Below, one piece after another: positions 46,690 to 57,317 of a DNA stretch of 64,000 nucleotides. The stretch lies in IMG/VR virus record IMGVR_UViG_3300005686_000008; one strand, given 5' to 3'. This DNA is from a virus. Taxonomy: Duplodnaviria > Caudoviricetes. Position numbers and translations under genes: made by a program. Under the pieces are notes generated by a model. The model worked only from the letters and a program-made list of their open reading frames with translations. It was not told where the DNA came from and did not search any database. Every line of letters begins with the position of its first letter. The first letter of the stretch is position 1.

Positions 46690-47025
46690 ATGATAATACA
46701 TCTTATACTATCTCTTTTGTTTGGATATTCTCTAGCCATATTGCTAGTAGAAAAAGGAGATGATTGGCCCATTAGTCTTATAACCAAACCTCTTAGGTTT
46801 GTTTTGGGAAAGATTCATTCTAAATTGCCCGGCGTACTTGAGTGTACTGTTTGCGCTTCTTTCTGGGCGTGCTTGGTTGGCGAGATTGCGTTAAAGTTTT
46901 GGATAACTGGTTTGTTCTTATGGCCTTTTACAGGGGTGATAACCCTTGGTTTGACTTGGACCGTAATTGAGTTTATGAACATATTGGATAAGCCAACTTT
47001 AACTGACAATGACAAAACCACTTAA
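46690..47025 (+). CDS. membrane protein with CxxC.SFW motif (DUF1360-like)
   Basis: Hydrophobic segments; LECTVCASFW. Confidence 0.6.
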   Translation: MIIHLILSLLFGYSLAILLVEKGDDWPISLITKPLRFVLGKIHSKLPGVLECTVCASFWACLVGEIALKFWITGLFLWPFTGVITLGLTWTVIEFMNILDKPTLTDNDKTT

Positions 47026-47221
47026 AATAGCGGGTCAAGGTTGTGACTGGACAGAAGAAGTAGCAGCCCTAACTAAAAATAGGCTCTGCGAGGTAGGATT
47101 CTACGCCAGAATACTGAATCTAAATAGTAAGTTCTACGTTGTTTATTCTTACAGAGATTTTACTAAAGAAGAAGCTTTTGCTGTTTTAAGTCAAACATTT
47201 GTGGAGAAAGAACATGAATAG
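47009..47221 (+). CDS. hypothetical protein
   Basis: Overlaps neighbours in an operon-like run. Confidence 0.55.
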   Translation: MTKPLKIAGQGCDWTEEVAALTKNRLCEVGFYARILNLNSKFYVVYSYRDFTKEEAFAVLSQTFVEKEHE

Positions 47222-48278
47222 TAGCCTAATGAAGATAACCCCATTTGCTCTTGTTATACTTTTTGTTTTAGGAACACTTGGGTGGGCTTTTGTACTTACT
47301 TCGTGTTCTGGAGGCGGAGGTAAGGTTATAACAGAGACTCCTCCGACAGCTCCAAATATAGACACAGAAAAACAAGACGTTGGTAAAGTCGCTACCGAGG
47401 TTGGTGGAATCTCTAGGGATGTTGGCGAACGAGCCGACAAGATTGATATTCATACAGAGGCAATTGAATCTAAGACTCCACCAGAGGCTAAAGAGGCTGT
47501 AAAGCCAGATATTTCAGGAATTAAAGAAGAGACGAGAGGGTTGAGGCAGGATTCTGCCACTCTTTCGGCTGTAGAGCAAAAACTAAAAGATACAGAGCAA
47601 AGATTAGCAAAACAGCAAGAGTCTATAGAGAAATACACCGAGTACGCAAAAACATCAGAGATTGATAGAGTAAAACTTCAAAACGAAATAAAAGAACTAA
47701 AGTCATCAAATTCAAAGATGCTAAAAACTATGATGTCGTGGATTGTTGTGGTTAGTGTTATTGGCATAGGAGCAAGCCTCGTTATAGGTTTCTTCTTTAA
47801 GACCCCAGCAGCGTTTATGGTTGCAGCCGGTTGTGTTGCAACTCTTGGTATTGCTGTTGCCGTAACTCTATATTTACAACAAATCGCCTGGGTCGCTCTT
47901 GCCCTATTAGGGGTGGGTTTCGTCGCAGCGGTTATTTACGTCTTCACCCAAATGAAGGATAGAGAAAAAGCGGTCAAAGAGCTTGTTCATACTGGCGAGG
48001 TTGCCAAAACCTATCTCCCAACCACTGTTAGAGAGAGAATATTTGGTAATGCAGTTGAGCCGGGAGTTGCTCACCAGATTCAGTCTAGTAGCACAATGAA
48101 GCTCGTTAGAAATGTAAGAGAAAAGGAAAAAGGAGTTAGAGGGTTTGGTTTAGCACCAGAATTGCCAAAGTTCTGGAGACCAACAGAAGGGGACTTATTA
48201 CCCGTGACACCAATATCTCAAGATCCATATCTTACACCCGTTGTCTCTAGTAATCCAGCAAAGACCATTCTTGGGTAA
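47214..48278 (+). CDS. putative lipoprotein with coiled coil and C-terminal TM helices
   Basis: Hydrophobic signal ending VLTSC; long heptad region; ~3 TM segments. Confidence 0.65.
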   Translation: MNSSLMKITPFALVILFVLGTLGWAFVLTSCSGGGGKVITETPPTAPNIDTEKQDVGKVATEVGGISRDVGERADKIDIHTEAIESKTPPEAKEAVKPDISGIKEETRGLRQDSATLSAVEQKLKDTEQRLAKQQESIEKYTEYAKTSEIDRVKLQNEIKELKSSNSKMLKTMMSWIVVVSVIGIGASLVIGFFFKTPAAFMVAAGCVATLGIAVAVTLYLQQIAWVALALLGVGFVAAVIYVFTQMKDREKAVKELVHTGEVAKTYLPTTVRERIFGNAVEPGVAHQIQSSSTMKLVRNVREKEKGVRGFGLAPELPKFWRPTEGDLLPVTPISQDPYLTPVVSSNPAKTILG

Positions 48279-48357
48279 GAAAACACAATAACAAATTCTG
48301 TTTGTATATGGTGCTAACTGGCGCTGTATACTTAATTGCATCTGAAAGGAAGGTTGC

Positions 48358-49188
48358 ATGATAAGTGAAGAATTCATAAACGATAAATGGAACAACCTTA
48401 TAAAGGTAAGGAATTCCGTCCCAGAGGAAGAGCGTGAAAAGAACAAGGAGTATCAGGCTGTCAGAAATCCACTTATGGAAATCTACTATCCTCTTGTAAT
48501 AAAAGTGGCAGACAAGATGCAGAAGAAGTATAAGGAAGTGGATTACAACGATCTGGTTTCTTGGGGAACGGACGGACTCTTCCACTCTATTAATCGCTTT
48601 GATCCAGAAAGAAAGAATAAGTTTGAAACCTATGCGGTTCATCGCATTAAAGGCGCTATTATTGACAATATTAGGCAGGTAGATTGGGTTCCTCGTCTTG
48701 TCAGGCAAAGGTATTCTAGTATACAAAAGGCAAAGAATACCCTTGAATCGGAACTTGGAAGAGTTCCTACAAACGAAGAAATGGCTGCTCATATGGGGCT
48801 GTCTATCGAGAAGTTTATCGAGATAGAGGCGAAGTCTAATCCGGTAGCATGTTACAGCATGTATGCTGGTCGCTCTGCTGATACTGATACAGTTAATGAA
48901 GAAATACAACTGGAAAGCTTTGCAACAGAAGAAGACCAGCCGGTTGATTCTGTCTTGAAAGATGAGATGTTCAAAAAGCTCATGGGAAGAAACTTCATTC
49001 CTCTGGAAAGAAAAATCATTCACATGCACTACTACAACAATATGACCATGAAAGAGATAGCTGACAATGTTGGCTATAGCGAGTCAAGAATCAGCCAGAT
49101 GCATGCGAAGATTCTCGAAAGGTTGCAGAAAAAAGTGAAACTCAATCCCAACTACATGAAGGATTTGGTGGCTATACTTCACTCGTAA
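48358..49188 (+). CDS. fliA: RNA polymerase sigma factor, FliA/WhiG (sigma-28) family
   Basis: GLFHSINRFDPER..KFETYAVHRIKGAIIDNIRQVDWVPRLVR; region 4 MTMKEIADNVGYSESRISQMH. Confidence 0.9.
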   Translation: MISEEFINDKWNNLIKVRNSVPEEEREKNKEYQAVRNPLMEIYYPLVIKVADKMQKKYKEVDYNDLVSWGTDGLFHSINRFDPERKNKFETYAVHRIKGAIIDNIRQVDWVPRLVRQRYSSIQKAKNTLESELGRVPTNEEMAAHMGLSIEKFIEIEAKSNPVACYSMYAGRSADTDTVNEEIQLESFATEEDQPVDSVLKDEMFKKLMGRNFIPLERKIIHMHYYNNMTMKEIADNVGYSESRISQMHAKILERLQKKVKLNPNYMKDLVAILHS

Positions 49189-49199
49189 AAGGAGGCTGT

Positions 49200-49739
49200 A
49201 TGAGGGTTTTTGTTGGGGATATCACTTCTGTTAGGGATGTGGACGTAATAGTAAATGCCGCAAATGGAATTGGTGTTATGGGAGCAGGAGTTGCTGGCGC
49301 AATTGCTCGCTCTGCGGGCCTTAGTGATAGTCCCAACGGCGTAAACATTAGGAAAATTGTGAAAGAAGTTGTTGATAACAGTGGACCTTTTGATGTTGGT
49401 GACGTATACATTTCAGACTCTGGATTAATGAAAAGGTTGGGAGTGAAGAAAATCTATCATGCGGTTACGATGAAGTACCCCGGCGGTAGAACTACGATAG
49501 GCACGATAGGGCCTTTGCTGAGGAACGTTTTGGAGACAGCCATCAGCAACGGGGAGAAGTCTGTAGCCTTTGGTGGTCTTGGATGCGGTATTGGAGGCTT
49601 GTCGAAAGAAGAAGTAGCGAGAGAAATGGCCCTTGTTTCTCAAGAGTACAATGGCAGGATTAGTATTCATGTTGTTGACATGAATGAGGATTTTATAGAA
49701 GAATTCAAAAAGAACCTTAGCGTTCCTATAGAGATGTAA
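49200..49739 (+). CDS. macrodomain (ADP-ribose binding/hydrolase)
   Basis: GDIT; IVNAAN; GAGVAGAI; FGGLGCGIGG. Confidence 0.9.
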   Translation: MRVFVGDITSVRDVDVIVNAANGIGVMGAGVAGAIARSAGLSDSPNGVNIRKIVKEVVDNSGPFDVGDVYISDSGLMKRLGVKKIYHAVTMKYPGGRTTIGTIGPLLRNVLETAISNGEKSVAFGGLGCGIGGLSKEEVAREMALVSQEYNGRISIHVVDMNEDFIEEFKKNLSVPIEM

Positions 49740-49743
49740 AATA

Positions 49744-50352
49744 ATGGCAACTCAATCAACAATTTTTTTACCAGCTCTGGTCCTCAATAAGGGCTGGACT
49801 CCTATTACTATTACTCCTGTGAAGAAGGCAATTGCAAAGACAATGCTTGGTCTTGCAAAGATCCTGGATCCGGAGACATATGAGCTTTACACTTTCGAAG
49901 AGTGGATGGAGCTTCCTGTTGTTGAAGGACAGCGGGCTATTAAGACTAGCCACAGCAAGGTAAGACTTCCTGAAGTTATTGTTTTAAGCGATTACGAGAG
50001 ACTTCCTCAGAGAGAGGTAAAGTTGACAAGGAAGAACTTGTTGATCCGTGATAATTTTACCTGCCAGTACACTGGCAAGAAGATTACTATGGAAACAGGA
50101 ACTATTGACCACGTTATTCCTCGTTCAAAGGGAGGAAAGAGTACATGGGATAACCTTGTAATGTGCTGCTTAGATGTAAACGCAAAGAAGGCAGACAGAA
50201 CTCCTGAAGAGGCAGGTCTTAAGTTGCTGAAGAAGCCAGAAAGACCAAAGTGGAGTCCTGTCTATTCAAGGTTTGCTCGTCTTGCGAATCTAAACGTTCC
50301 GAGTTCATGGGCTAAGTTCATTGAAATAGATGGAAACCCATTTGGAACGTAA
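49744..50352 (+). CDS. HNH endonuclease (McrA-like)
   Basis: LVLN; RDNFTCQYTG; TIDHVIPRSKGG..TWDNLV; N.KKADRTP. Confidence 0.9.
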   Translation: MATQSTIFLPALVLNKGWTPITITPVKKAIAKTMLGLAKILDPETYELYTFEEWMELPVVEGQRAIKTSHSKVRLPEVIVLSDYERLPQREVKLTRKNLLIRDNFTCQYTGKKITMETGTIDHVIPRSKGGKSTWDNLVMCCLDVNAKKADRTPEEAGLKLLKKPERPKWSPVYSRFARLANLNVPSSWAKFIEIDGNPFGT

Positions 50353-50375
50353 TTAGTGGTTATTGCAGCCAAAGC

Positions 50376-50404
50376 AAGCCCACCCTTCAAAGGGTGGGTT
50401 TTTT
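50376..50404 (+). terminator. intrinsic terminator
   Basis: GCCCACCCT-loop-AGGGTGGGT followed by a T-run. Confidence 0.8.
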
Positions 50405-50436
50405 ATTGGTTTAATCGCTTTAGACGATGAATTATT

Positions 50437-51090
50437 ATGATCTTTAGGTCTCGTTCCAAGTTTCCTATAAAACAGTGGAAGAATCGTTTTGTTGGAGAAA
50501 CGGCGTTTCTTATCGGAAACGGACCTTCTCTTATAGATAACGATTTAGACATCATAAAGGATAGATTTACAATTGCAATTAATAGGGGTTATAAGGCCAT
50601 AACTCCGGTAATACTTTTGTGGCAAGATGAGTCCTTGTACAAAGACTGTCTTGACGAATTAAGAATTCTTCCTTGCGCAAAAGTTACAAGAAGCGGTATT
50701 GATTCTGATGATATTTTTACACATTTCGTTCTTGGAAAAGGCGGTTTTACATTCACAAACGATCCATCTAAGCTTTGCGGAGGCGGATGTACTGTTGCTC
50801 TTGCTGTTCAGATGATTGTTTCTATGGGTTTTTCTTCAATAGTTTTACTCGGATGCGATGGAAGGTATCGTGGGGATAAAACAAACTTCTATGGAGTGAA
50901 TCCTAATCATACAGCAAATACTCTCGCAAACTTTGATTACACAATGAGATGGATTCGCAGTGAATGCCCTAGAAAAATAGTAAATTGTAGCGATACACCT
51001 TATTGGCCGAAGGTCTCGCTCGAACAAGCGGTGTTTGAGTGTAACACCCCTAAAAGACCAAGAATAGAATGGCTAAATAGGTTGATGTAA
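50437..51090 (+). CDS. MAF/DUF115-like (MptE-like or glycosyltransferase-associated) protein
   Basis: FLIGNGPSL; TIAIN; MGFSSIVLLGCD. Confidence 0.7.
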   Translation: MIFRSRSKFPIKQWKNRFVGETAFLIGNGPSLIDNDLDIIKDRFTIAINRGYKAITPVILLWQDESLYKDCLDELRILPCAKVTRSGIDSDDIFTHFVLGKGGFTFTNDPSKLCGGGCTVALAVQMIVSMGFSSIVLLGCDGRYRGDKTNFYGVNPNHTANTLANFDYTMRWIRSECPRKIVNCSDTPYWPKVSLEQAVFECNTPKRPRIEWLNRLM

Positions 51091-51091
51091 G

Positions 51092-52243
51092 ATGGCAGAA
51101 CAAACAATCGAATCAATAAAACTTGAATTATCTATTGTTGAAGCTTGGGCAAAGATTTTTGATAAGGGAGAGTCTTTCGCAATCATATGTCACGATCAGC
51201 CAGACCCCGACTGTTTAGCTTCTGCTCTTGCTGTTCAAATTCTTGCTCAAAGTAAAGGTAAAATAGCGAATATTTATTATGGCGGAGAAATTCCATATAC
51301 GCAAAATAGCGTTATGATGAATGTTTTGAACATATCAGCAACAAAGCTCGAAAGCGATGAAGAGAACGAGGAAGAGTCAATACAGCAAATCAAAGATACT
51401 ATAGATAAGAGTGTTATTATAGTTGTAGATACAAGTTGCTCTTTTGGTAAAGAGAACAATATTGGATTATCTCAGTTTATAGGTAAAGATAGAAAACCAG
51501 ATGCGGTTATTGATCATCATACAGTAAATCCTCATTTAGATTGTCCTTTCTATGTGAATAGATCGTATGGTGCTTGTTCAACTATTCTTGTTGAAATGCT
51601 AAGTAGTCTTGGTTTGACTATAAGCAAAGGACTTGCAACTGCATTATATCTTGGAATATCCACAGATACTGCTGATTTGAAATCTGAAGGAACCGTACAA
51701 AACGATATAGATGCAATAGAATTTTTGCGTTCTGTTATGGATATTGAGCTTCTAAGGAAGATATATGATTATCCTAAACCATTGGCTTTATTAGAGTTGA
51801 GAAAGAGAGCTTATGGAAGTTTTAATATATACGGTAATAACCTTACAATATCTAATGTAGGACTCATTAATCCGCAACAAAGAGCATTAGTTGCAAAGAT
51901 TTGTGAAGAAATGTTACAGATTGAGTCGATAGATAGTGCCTTGGTATTAGGAATTGTTGATGAAGGCTTTGATAAGCCAAAGTTTTTGATAGCATCTTTC
52001 AGGACAGAAGTTCTTGCTATTAATGTTTCTCAGTTTATACAGAAGATTTTTGGTAAGAAATATGGCGGAGGTCGCCGTGGAGCTGGCGCTGCAAAGATAC
52101 CTTTGGACGATAAGATTTGTTCAGTTATAGACTTTTCTAAAAGACAGGACGAATCAGATTCATCTAAGATGATTAAGGGACTGTTAGAGCCAATTTTTAG
52201 TTACTACACAGATAAGGCAAAAACAGAAAAGAGCAACATATAA
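51092..52243 (+). CDS. DHH-family phosphoesterase (NrnA-like)
   Basis: HDQPDPDC; VVDT; IDHH; GISTDT; GGGRRGAGA. Confidence 0.9.
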   Translation: MAEQTIESIKLELSIVEAWAKIFDKGESFAIICHDQPDPDCLASALAVQILAQSKGKIANIYYGGEIPYTQNSVMMNVLNISATKLESDEENEEESIQQIKDTIDKSVIIVVDTSCSFGKENNIGLSQFIGKDRKPDAVIDHHTVNPHLDCPFYVNRSYGACSTILVEMLSSLGLTISKGLATALYLGISTDTADLKSEGTVQNDIDAIEFLRSVMDIELLRKIYDYPKPLALLELRKRAYGSFNIYGNNLTISNVGLINPQQRALVAKICEEMLQIESIDSALVLGIVDEGFDKPKFLIASFRTEVLAINVSQFIQKIFGKKYGGGRRGAGAAKIPLDDKICSVIDFSKRQDESDSSKMIKGLLEPIFSYYTDKAKTEKSNI

Positions 52244-52244
52244 C

Positions 52245-53588
52245 ATGAAGACGGATTTATCTAAAATCAAATTCATAGATGCGACATTGCAAGAGTTTTC
52301 ATTTGCAATGATGAGCGCAGAATCCGAGTCCATAAAGGAAGCAACAATAGCTGACTTCTTTGGCTCTTATAATAGAACAACTGTTATTACGGAACCTCTT
52401 TCGGAATACGAACACAGAAAAGTTCAGTTTGTATGGGAAGATTATTTCAAAACAAATGGTTGGACTATAAAGAAAGAAATTGCTTTTGGATACATGACTC
52501 AAGTTCCTGCTCAGAAGACGAATATAGAAATCTCTCCCGGTGTCTTCAAGAAGATATATAGAGATTCTGTTATCTTCTATGCAAAAGGAGAAGATAAGAT
52601 TTGCGTTGAGATAACAAGAGCGCCAAGAGGAGAGCATTGTTACTATTTCCATGCATCAGAGGAAAACTCAAATATATATGAAGACATAAAGAAACTTGCC
52701 TCTGAGAGAAACATCTATAAGAATCAAAGGATTGATTGTAGAGGTAATTTCTTAAAGCTTGACAATGTTGAGTGGGAAGATATTGTACTTCCTGAAAAAG
52801 TGAAGGAAGTGATTAAATCAAACATTGATGAAATGTTTAGATTGAGAGAACAGTTTAAGAAGCACGGCCTTTCTGTTAAGAGAGGCGTAATTCTTTATGG
52901 TCCTCCGGGAACCGGCAAAACAAAAGTGTGCAAGTGCTTAGCAAAAGAGGCAATGTATAGCGTTTTGTATACTATGCCTTCTGATTTTACTTCGCCAAAT
53001 GGAATTAGAAATGTATGCGAAATGGCGCAAGACCTTGCTCCGTGCCTTTTGATTATTGAAGATATTGACTGGATTGCTCAAGACAGATCAAAGGGTAATG
53101 CAGCCTTTGTTATGGAGCTTATGAATAAGCTTGATGGTCTTGAATCCTTTGGCGATATCATAACTCTAGGAACAACAAACGCTCTTGGCGAACTTGAGAA
53201 TGCTATTAAGAATAGACCCGGAAGATTTGATAGACTAATCAATATTGATCTTCCGAATCCAGAGTGCAGAGAGCAGATGCTTAAGAGGTTTACAAAGAAT
53301 TTTGTTATTGATGATAGCGTTGCTTTTGACAAAATAGCTGCTGCAACAGAAGGTCTTACTGGCGCTCATATAAACGATCTTTGCAATACGGCTGCAATCA
53401 TTGCGGTCAAAGACTCTTCGCTGGTTGGAGAAAAACTCCTTCTGAAAAAATCGCATTTTGAAGAAGCAGTTAATGAAGTAAAAGACAAAGATTATTCTTC
53501 TTATATGGAAATGCAAAGTAAAACGAATTTTGGATTTGGTGCTAGACATGCTCAAAATTTGGATGATATTTTTGATGACTTAATGTAA
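52245..53588 (+). CDS. AAA+ ATPase (CDC48/FtsH-type module)
   Basis: GVILYGPPGTGKT; IIEDID; TTN...RPGRFDR. Confidence 0.9.
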   Translation: MKTDLSKIKFIDATLQEFSFAMMSAESESIKEATIADFFGSYNRTTVITEPLSEYEHRKVQFVWEDYFKTNGWTIKKEIAFGYMTQVPAQKTNIEISPGVFKKIYRDSVIFYAKGEDKICVEITRAPRGEHCYYFHASEENSNIYEDIKKLASERNIYKNQRIDCRGNFLKLDNVEWEDIVLPEKVKEVIKSNIDEMFRLREQFKKHGLSVKRGVILYGPPGTGKTKVCKCLAKEAMYSVLYTMPSDFTSPNGIRNVCEMAQDLAPCLLIIEDIDWIAQDRSKGNAAFVMELMNKLDGLESFGDIITLGTTNALGELENAIKNRPGRFDRLINIDLPNPECREQMLKRFTKNFVIDDSVAFDKIAAATEGLTGAHINDLCNTAAIIAVKDSSLVGEKLLLKKSHFEEAVNEVKDKDYSSYMEMQSKTNFGFGARHAQNLDDIFDDLM

Positions 53589-53699
53589 CAAAAAAATCGT
53601 CAACAAGATAAAAAGATTTCAAAGAAGGAAGCGAGAGTGCTAAGTTGGTAATCACCTTCTAACGCGGGTTTTATTTTTGGGAGAAAGTAAATGATGATA

Positions 53700-56600
53700 A
53701 TGGAGAAGAAAGAAAATGTTAAGTGCGGCGTTGAAAATAAAGTATATACACATCAAGAAGCGATAGAGAGATCATTAGAATATTTCAATAACGATAGTTT
53801 TGCGGCAAGCGTTTTTGTTAGCAAGTATGCGCTAAGAGATAATAAGGGAAATATTCTAGAATCAGATCCTGATCAAATGCACAGGAGACTTGCAAGAGAG
53901 TTTGCAAGAATAGAAAGTAAATATTCTAATCCTCTTTCTGAAGAAGAGATATATGAGTATTTCAAAAACTTTAGATATATAGTGCCGCAAGGCTCTCCAA
54001 TGAGCGCTATTGGTAATCCTTTCCAAATACAGTCTTGTTCTAATTGCTTTGTTATTCCGTCTCCAGAAGATAGTTATGGCGGAATCCTCAAAACAGACCA
54101 AGAACAAGCCCAAATTATGAAGAGACGAGGAGGCGTTGGTTTTGATATAAGCCTCATTCGCCCAAGAGGATTGGAAACAAAAAACGCCGCAAGAACAACT
54201 GATGGTATTGGCGTTTTCATGGAAAGGTTCTCTAATACTTGTAGAGAGGTTGCTCAGAATGGTCGCCGTGGCGCTTTGATGTTGACTATTTCGTGTCATC
54301 ATCCAGAAATAAGGACGTTCATTAATATAAAGAAAGATTTGGCTAAGGTTACTGGCGCAAACATCTCTATTCGTTTAACTGATGAGTTTATGAATGCAGT
54401 TAAGAACAAGACAGATGTTGAACTTCGTTGGCCTGTAAACTCCAAGAGTCCAAAGATTAGCGAAAGAGTTGACGCTGTAGAGCTTTGGAAAGAAATCATT
54501 GATGCGGCATGGCTATCCGCAGAGCCAGGTCTTTTGTTCTGGGATACAGCGCAGAAATATACTCCTGCTGATATCTATAAAGACTTTGGCTACGAATCTC
54601 TTTCAACTAATCCGTGCGTTACTGGCGATACTTGGGTTATGACAAGCGAGGGTTCAAGAAGAGTTTCTGATCTTATTGGTGTTCCTTTTGACGCTGTTGT
54701 TGATGGGGTTAGATATCCTTCTGATATAAGGGGTTTTTGGAATACAGGTAAAAAGAAAACTCTTGTAATTAAGACAAAAGAAGGATTTGAAATAGAATGT
54801 ACTCCAAATCATAAGATTTTGGTTGCTAGTTTTGAAGACAGGAAAAAGAGAACCGAGTGGAAAGAAGCAAAAGGTATTAAGCTTGGAGATTTACTAAACC
54901 TTGATAATCATTCTCAAATAACAGAGTGGAGTGGAAATGGTTTATTTGAAGAAGGTTATTTGTTAGGTTCTCTTGTTGGAGATGGGTGTATTTGCGGAGA
55001 TACTGCATACCTTTCTTGGTGGGGCGGTTCAAAAATGGTTATGATGAAGTATGCAACCGACTTGGCAAATAAGGTGTTGAAGTGCCGTTCTGATTTAGGA
55101 TCAGGTTCTTATGATTCTTCTAGTATAGAAAAACATGATAGAACAGGCTTCAATTGCAAAGCTCTTAAAGAGTTGGCGGAAGAATTTGGCTTGGATGGCA
55201 GCAAGAATATTAGTGATGAAATAGAAAAAGGAAGCTATCAGCTATACAAAGGTATTTTGATGGGATGGTTTGATACTGATGGAACTATTAATTTCAATAA
55301 GAAGGGACAGAGAAATGACATAAGACTATGCTCTTCTAATCTAAACAATCTTTATGCTGCTCAAAGAATGCTTTCTAGAATGGGGATTATTTCTAAGATA
55401 TATTCTAACAGGAAGGAGGCTGGTAATAGATTGATGCCAGATGGTAAAGGTGGAACAAAGGAGTATTACTGCCAGTCCACCCATGAACTTGTTATAACAA
55501 AGAACAATATCAAAATATTCCATGATAGAATTGGCTTTGCAGATCCAGATAAAAACGATAAGCTTAAGAAACTTGTTTCTTCTTATATGAGTAGAGGTCT
55601 TTATGCTGAAAAATATGTTGCAGAAGTTTTTTCTATAAACGAAGGTAAAGAAAAAGATGTTTATGATTGCCATATTCCTTCTGTTCATCGTTTTGATGCC
55701 AACGGAATAACGGTTCATAATTGCGGAGAGATTGTTCTAAGCGCTTACGATTCATGTCGTTTAATGTGCGTTAATCTTCTTAGCTTTGTAAAGCATAAGT
55801 TTACGGATAGCGCCAGATTTGATTATAAAGAGTTTGAAGAAGTTGTTCAAGTTGCTCAAAGACTCATGGATGACATGATTGATATTGAGGTTGAACAAGT
55901 TGATAAAATTCTTGCAAAGATTGCTTCTGATCCAGAATCTGCTGACGCGAAGCATGTGGAAAAGAATCTTTGGACAAGAATTAGATCGGCCTGCATAAAT
56001 GGTCGTAGAACTGGTCTTGGTATTACCGCTCTTGGAGACGCTTTGGCCGCTCTTGGAATTCGTTATGGGTCTAAAGAGTCTGTGACTATTACGGAAAAGA
56101 TTTACAAGTCGCTTGCTGTCGGTTCTTATAGGTCGTCTTGTATTCTTGCCAAAGAAAGAGGAGCCTTCCCGATATTTGATGCAGAACTAGAAAAGGGACA
56201 TCCTTTCTTGTCTCGCATTTGGGAAGAAGCTCCAGATGTATACGAATTGTACAAGAAACACGGGCGTCGTAATATTGCTAATACAACAACAGCTCCTACT
56301 GGTTCTGTTTCAACTCTTACTCAGACTACTTCTGGTATCGAGCCGGCATATATGCTATTTTATAAGAGAAGGAAGAAGATTAATCCTGGCGACGGAGAGA
56401 GCGCAAGAGTTGATTTTGTTGATCCAAAAGGAGATAAGTGGCAAGAATTTTTTGTATTCCATCATGAGTTTAAGGAATGGATGAGTAAGAATGGATACAC
56501 AGAAGAAGATATTGATAAGAAAGCTAACTCTCAAGATGATCTTCCGTTCTTCAAAAAATCCCCATACTATAAGGCAACCTCTAATGATGTAGACTGGTCT

Positions 56601-57317
56601 GCTAGTGTGGATATTCAATCTGTTGCGCAGAAATGGATTGACCATGCTATAAGTAAGACTTGTAATCTGCCTAATAACGCTTCGAAAGAACTTGTTGCTG
56701 AAGTTTATATGAAGGCGTGGGAGTCTGGATGTAAGGGCTTCACGGTTTATAGAGACGGATGCAGAACGGGTGTTCTTGTATCTGCAAATGAAGGTAAGAA
56801 AGAGAATATAACAAAGACAACAGCCCCAAAGAGGCCGTCAACTCTTCAGTGCGATATTCATCATACAAAATCTAGAGGACAAGATTTCTTTGTTATTGTT
56901 GGTTTATTAGAGGGTGTTCCTTACGAAGTTTTTGCAGGCAAGAATGGGTGTATCACTCACGAAAAGAAAGGAACTATAACCAAGAACAAGAGAGGTCATT
57001 ATGAACTCAAGGCAGAGGATGGTTCTACTATTGAAAATCTTTGCGAGCTATTAACGGACGAACAAGCTGTTATAACAAGAATGATTAGCTTGTCTCTTAG
57101 ACATGGTTCTGATATTTCGTTTGTTGTAGATCAGCTTGAAAAGTCTCCTGGAGATATGACTAATTTTGGTAAGGGACTAGCAAGAGTTTTGAAGAAGTAT
57201 ATCGCCGATGGAACAAAGGTCTCTGGCGCAACTTGTCAAAGCTGCGGAAGTTCAAATGTTGTAAGAATAGAAGGATGTTTGTCTTGTAGAGATTGTGGTA
57301 ATTCAAAGTGTGGTTAA
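53700..57317 (+). CDS. nrdJ: class II (B12-dependent) ribonucleotide reductase with intein
   Basis: SNCFV; GGVG; RRGA; TNP|intein|CGE; TTAPTGSVS; ISKTCNLP; C-terminal Zn ribbon. Confidence 0.9.
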   Translation: MEKKENVKCGVENKVYTHQEAIERSLEYFNNDSFAASVFVSKYALRDNKGNILESDPDQMHRRLAREFARIESKYSNPLSEEEIYEYFKNFRYIVPQGSPMSAIGNPFQIQSCSNCFVIPSPEDSYGGILKTDQEQAQIMKRRGGVGFDISLIRPRGLETKNAARTTDGIGVFMERFSNTCREVAQNGRRGALMLTISCHHPEIRTFINIKKDLAKVTGANISIRLTDEFMNAVKNKTDVELRWPVNSKSPKISERVDAVELWKEIIDAAWLSAEPGLLFWDTAQKYTPADIYKDFGYESLSTNPCVTGDTWVMTSEGSRRVSDLIGVPFDAVVDGVRYPSDIRGFWNTGKKKTLVIKTKEGFEIECTPNHKILVASFEDRKKRTEWKEAKGIKLGDLLNLDNHSQITEWSGNGLFEEGYLLGSLVGDGCICGDTAYLSWWGGSKMVMMKYATDLANKVLKCRSDLGSGSYDSSSIEKHDRTGFNCKALKELAEEFGLDGSKNISDEIEKGSYQLYKGILMGWFDTDGTINFNKKGQRNDIRLCSSNLNNLYAAQRMLSRMGIISKIYSNRKEAGNRLMPDGKGGTKEYYCQSTHELVITKNNIKIFHDRIGFADPDKNDKLKKLVSSYMSRGLYAEKYVAEVFSINEGKEKDVYDCHIPSVHRFDANGITVHNCGEIVLSAYDSCRLMCVNLLSFVKHKFTDSARFDYKEFEEVVQVAQRLMDDMIDIEVEQVDKILAKIASDPESADAKHVEKNLWTRIRSACINGRRTGLGITALGDALAALGIRYGSKESVTITEKIYKSLAVGSYRSSCILAKERGAFPIFDAELEKGHPFLSRIWEEAPDVYELYKKHGRRNIANTTTAPTGSVSTLTQTTSGIEPAYMLFYKRRKKINPGDGESARVDFVDPKGDKWQEFFVFHHEFKEWMSKNGYTEEDIDKKANSQDDLPFFKKSPYYKATSNDVDWSASVDIQSVAQKWIDHAISKTCNLPNNASKELVAEVYMKAWESGCKGFTVYRDGCRTGVLVSANEGKKENITKTTAPKRPSTLQCDIHHTKSRGQDFFVIVGLLEGVPYEVFAGKNGCITHEKKGTITKNKRGHYELKAEDGSTIENLCELLTDEQAVITRMISLSLRHGSDISFVVDQLEKSPGDMTNFGKGLARVLKKYIADGTKVSGATCQSCGSSNVVRIEGCLSCRDCGNSKCG
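54615..55721 (+). mobile_element. intein (369 aa) with LAGLIDADG homing endonuclease, inserted at the RNR catalytic NPC
   Basis: Starts CVTGDT; block B CTPNH; LLGSLVGDG and LMGWFDTDG; ends TVHN before C. Confidence 0.95.
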
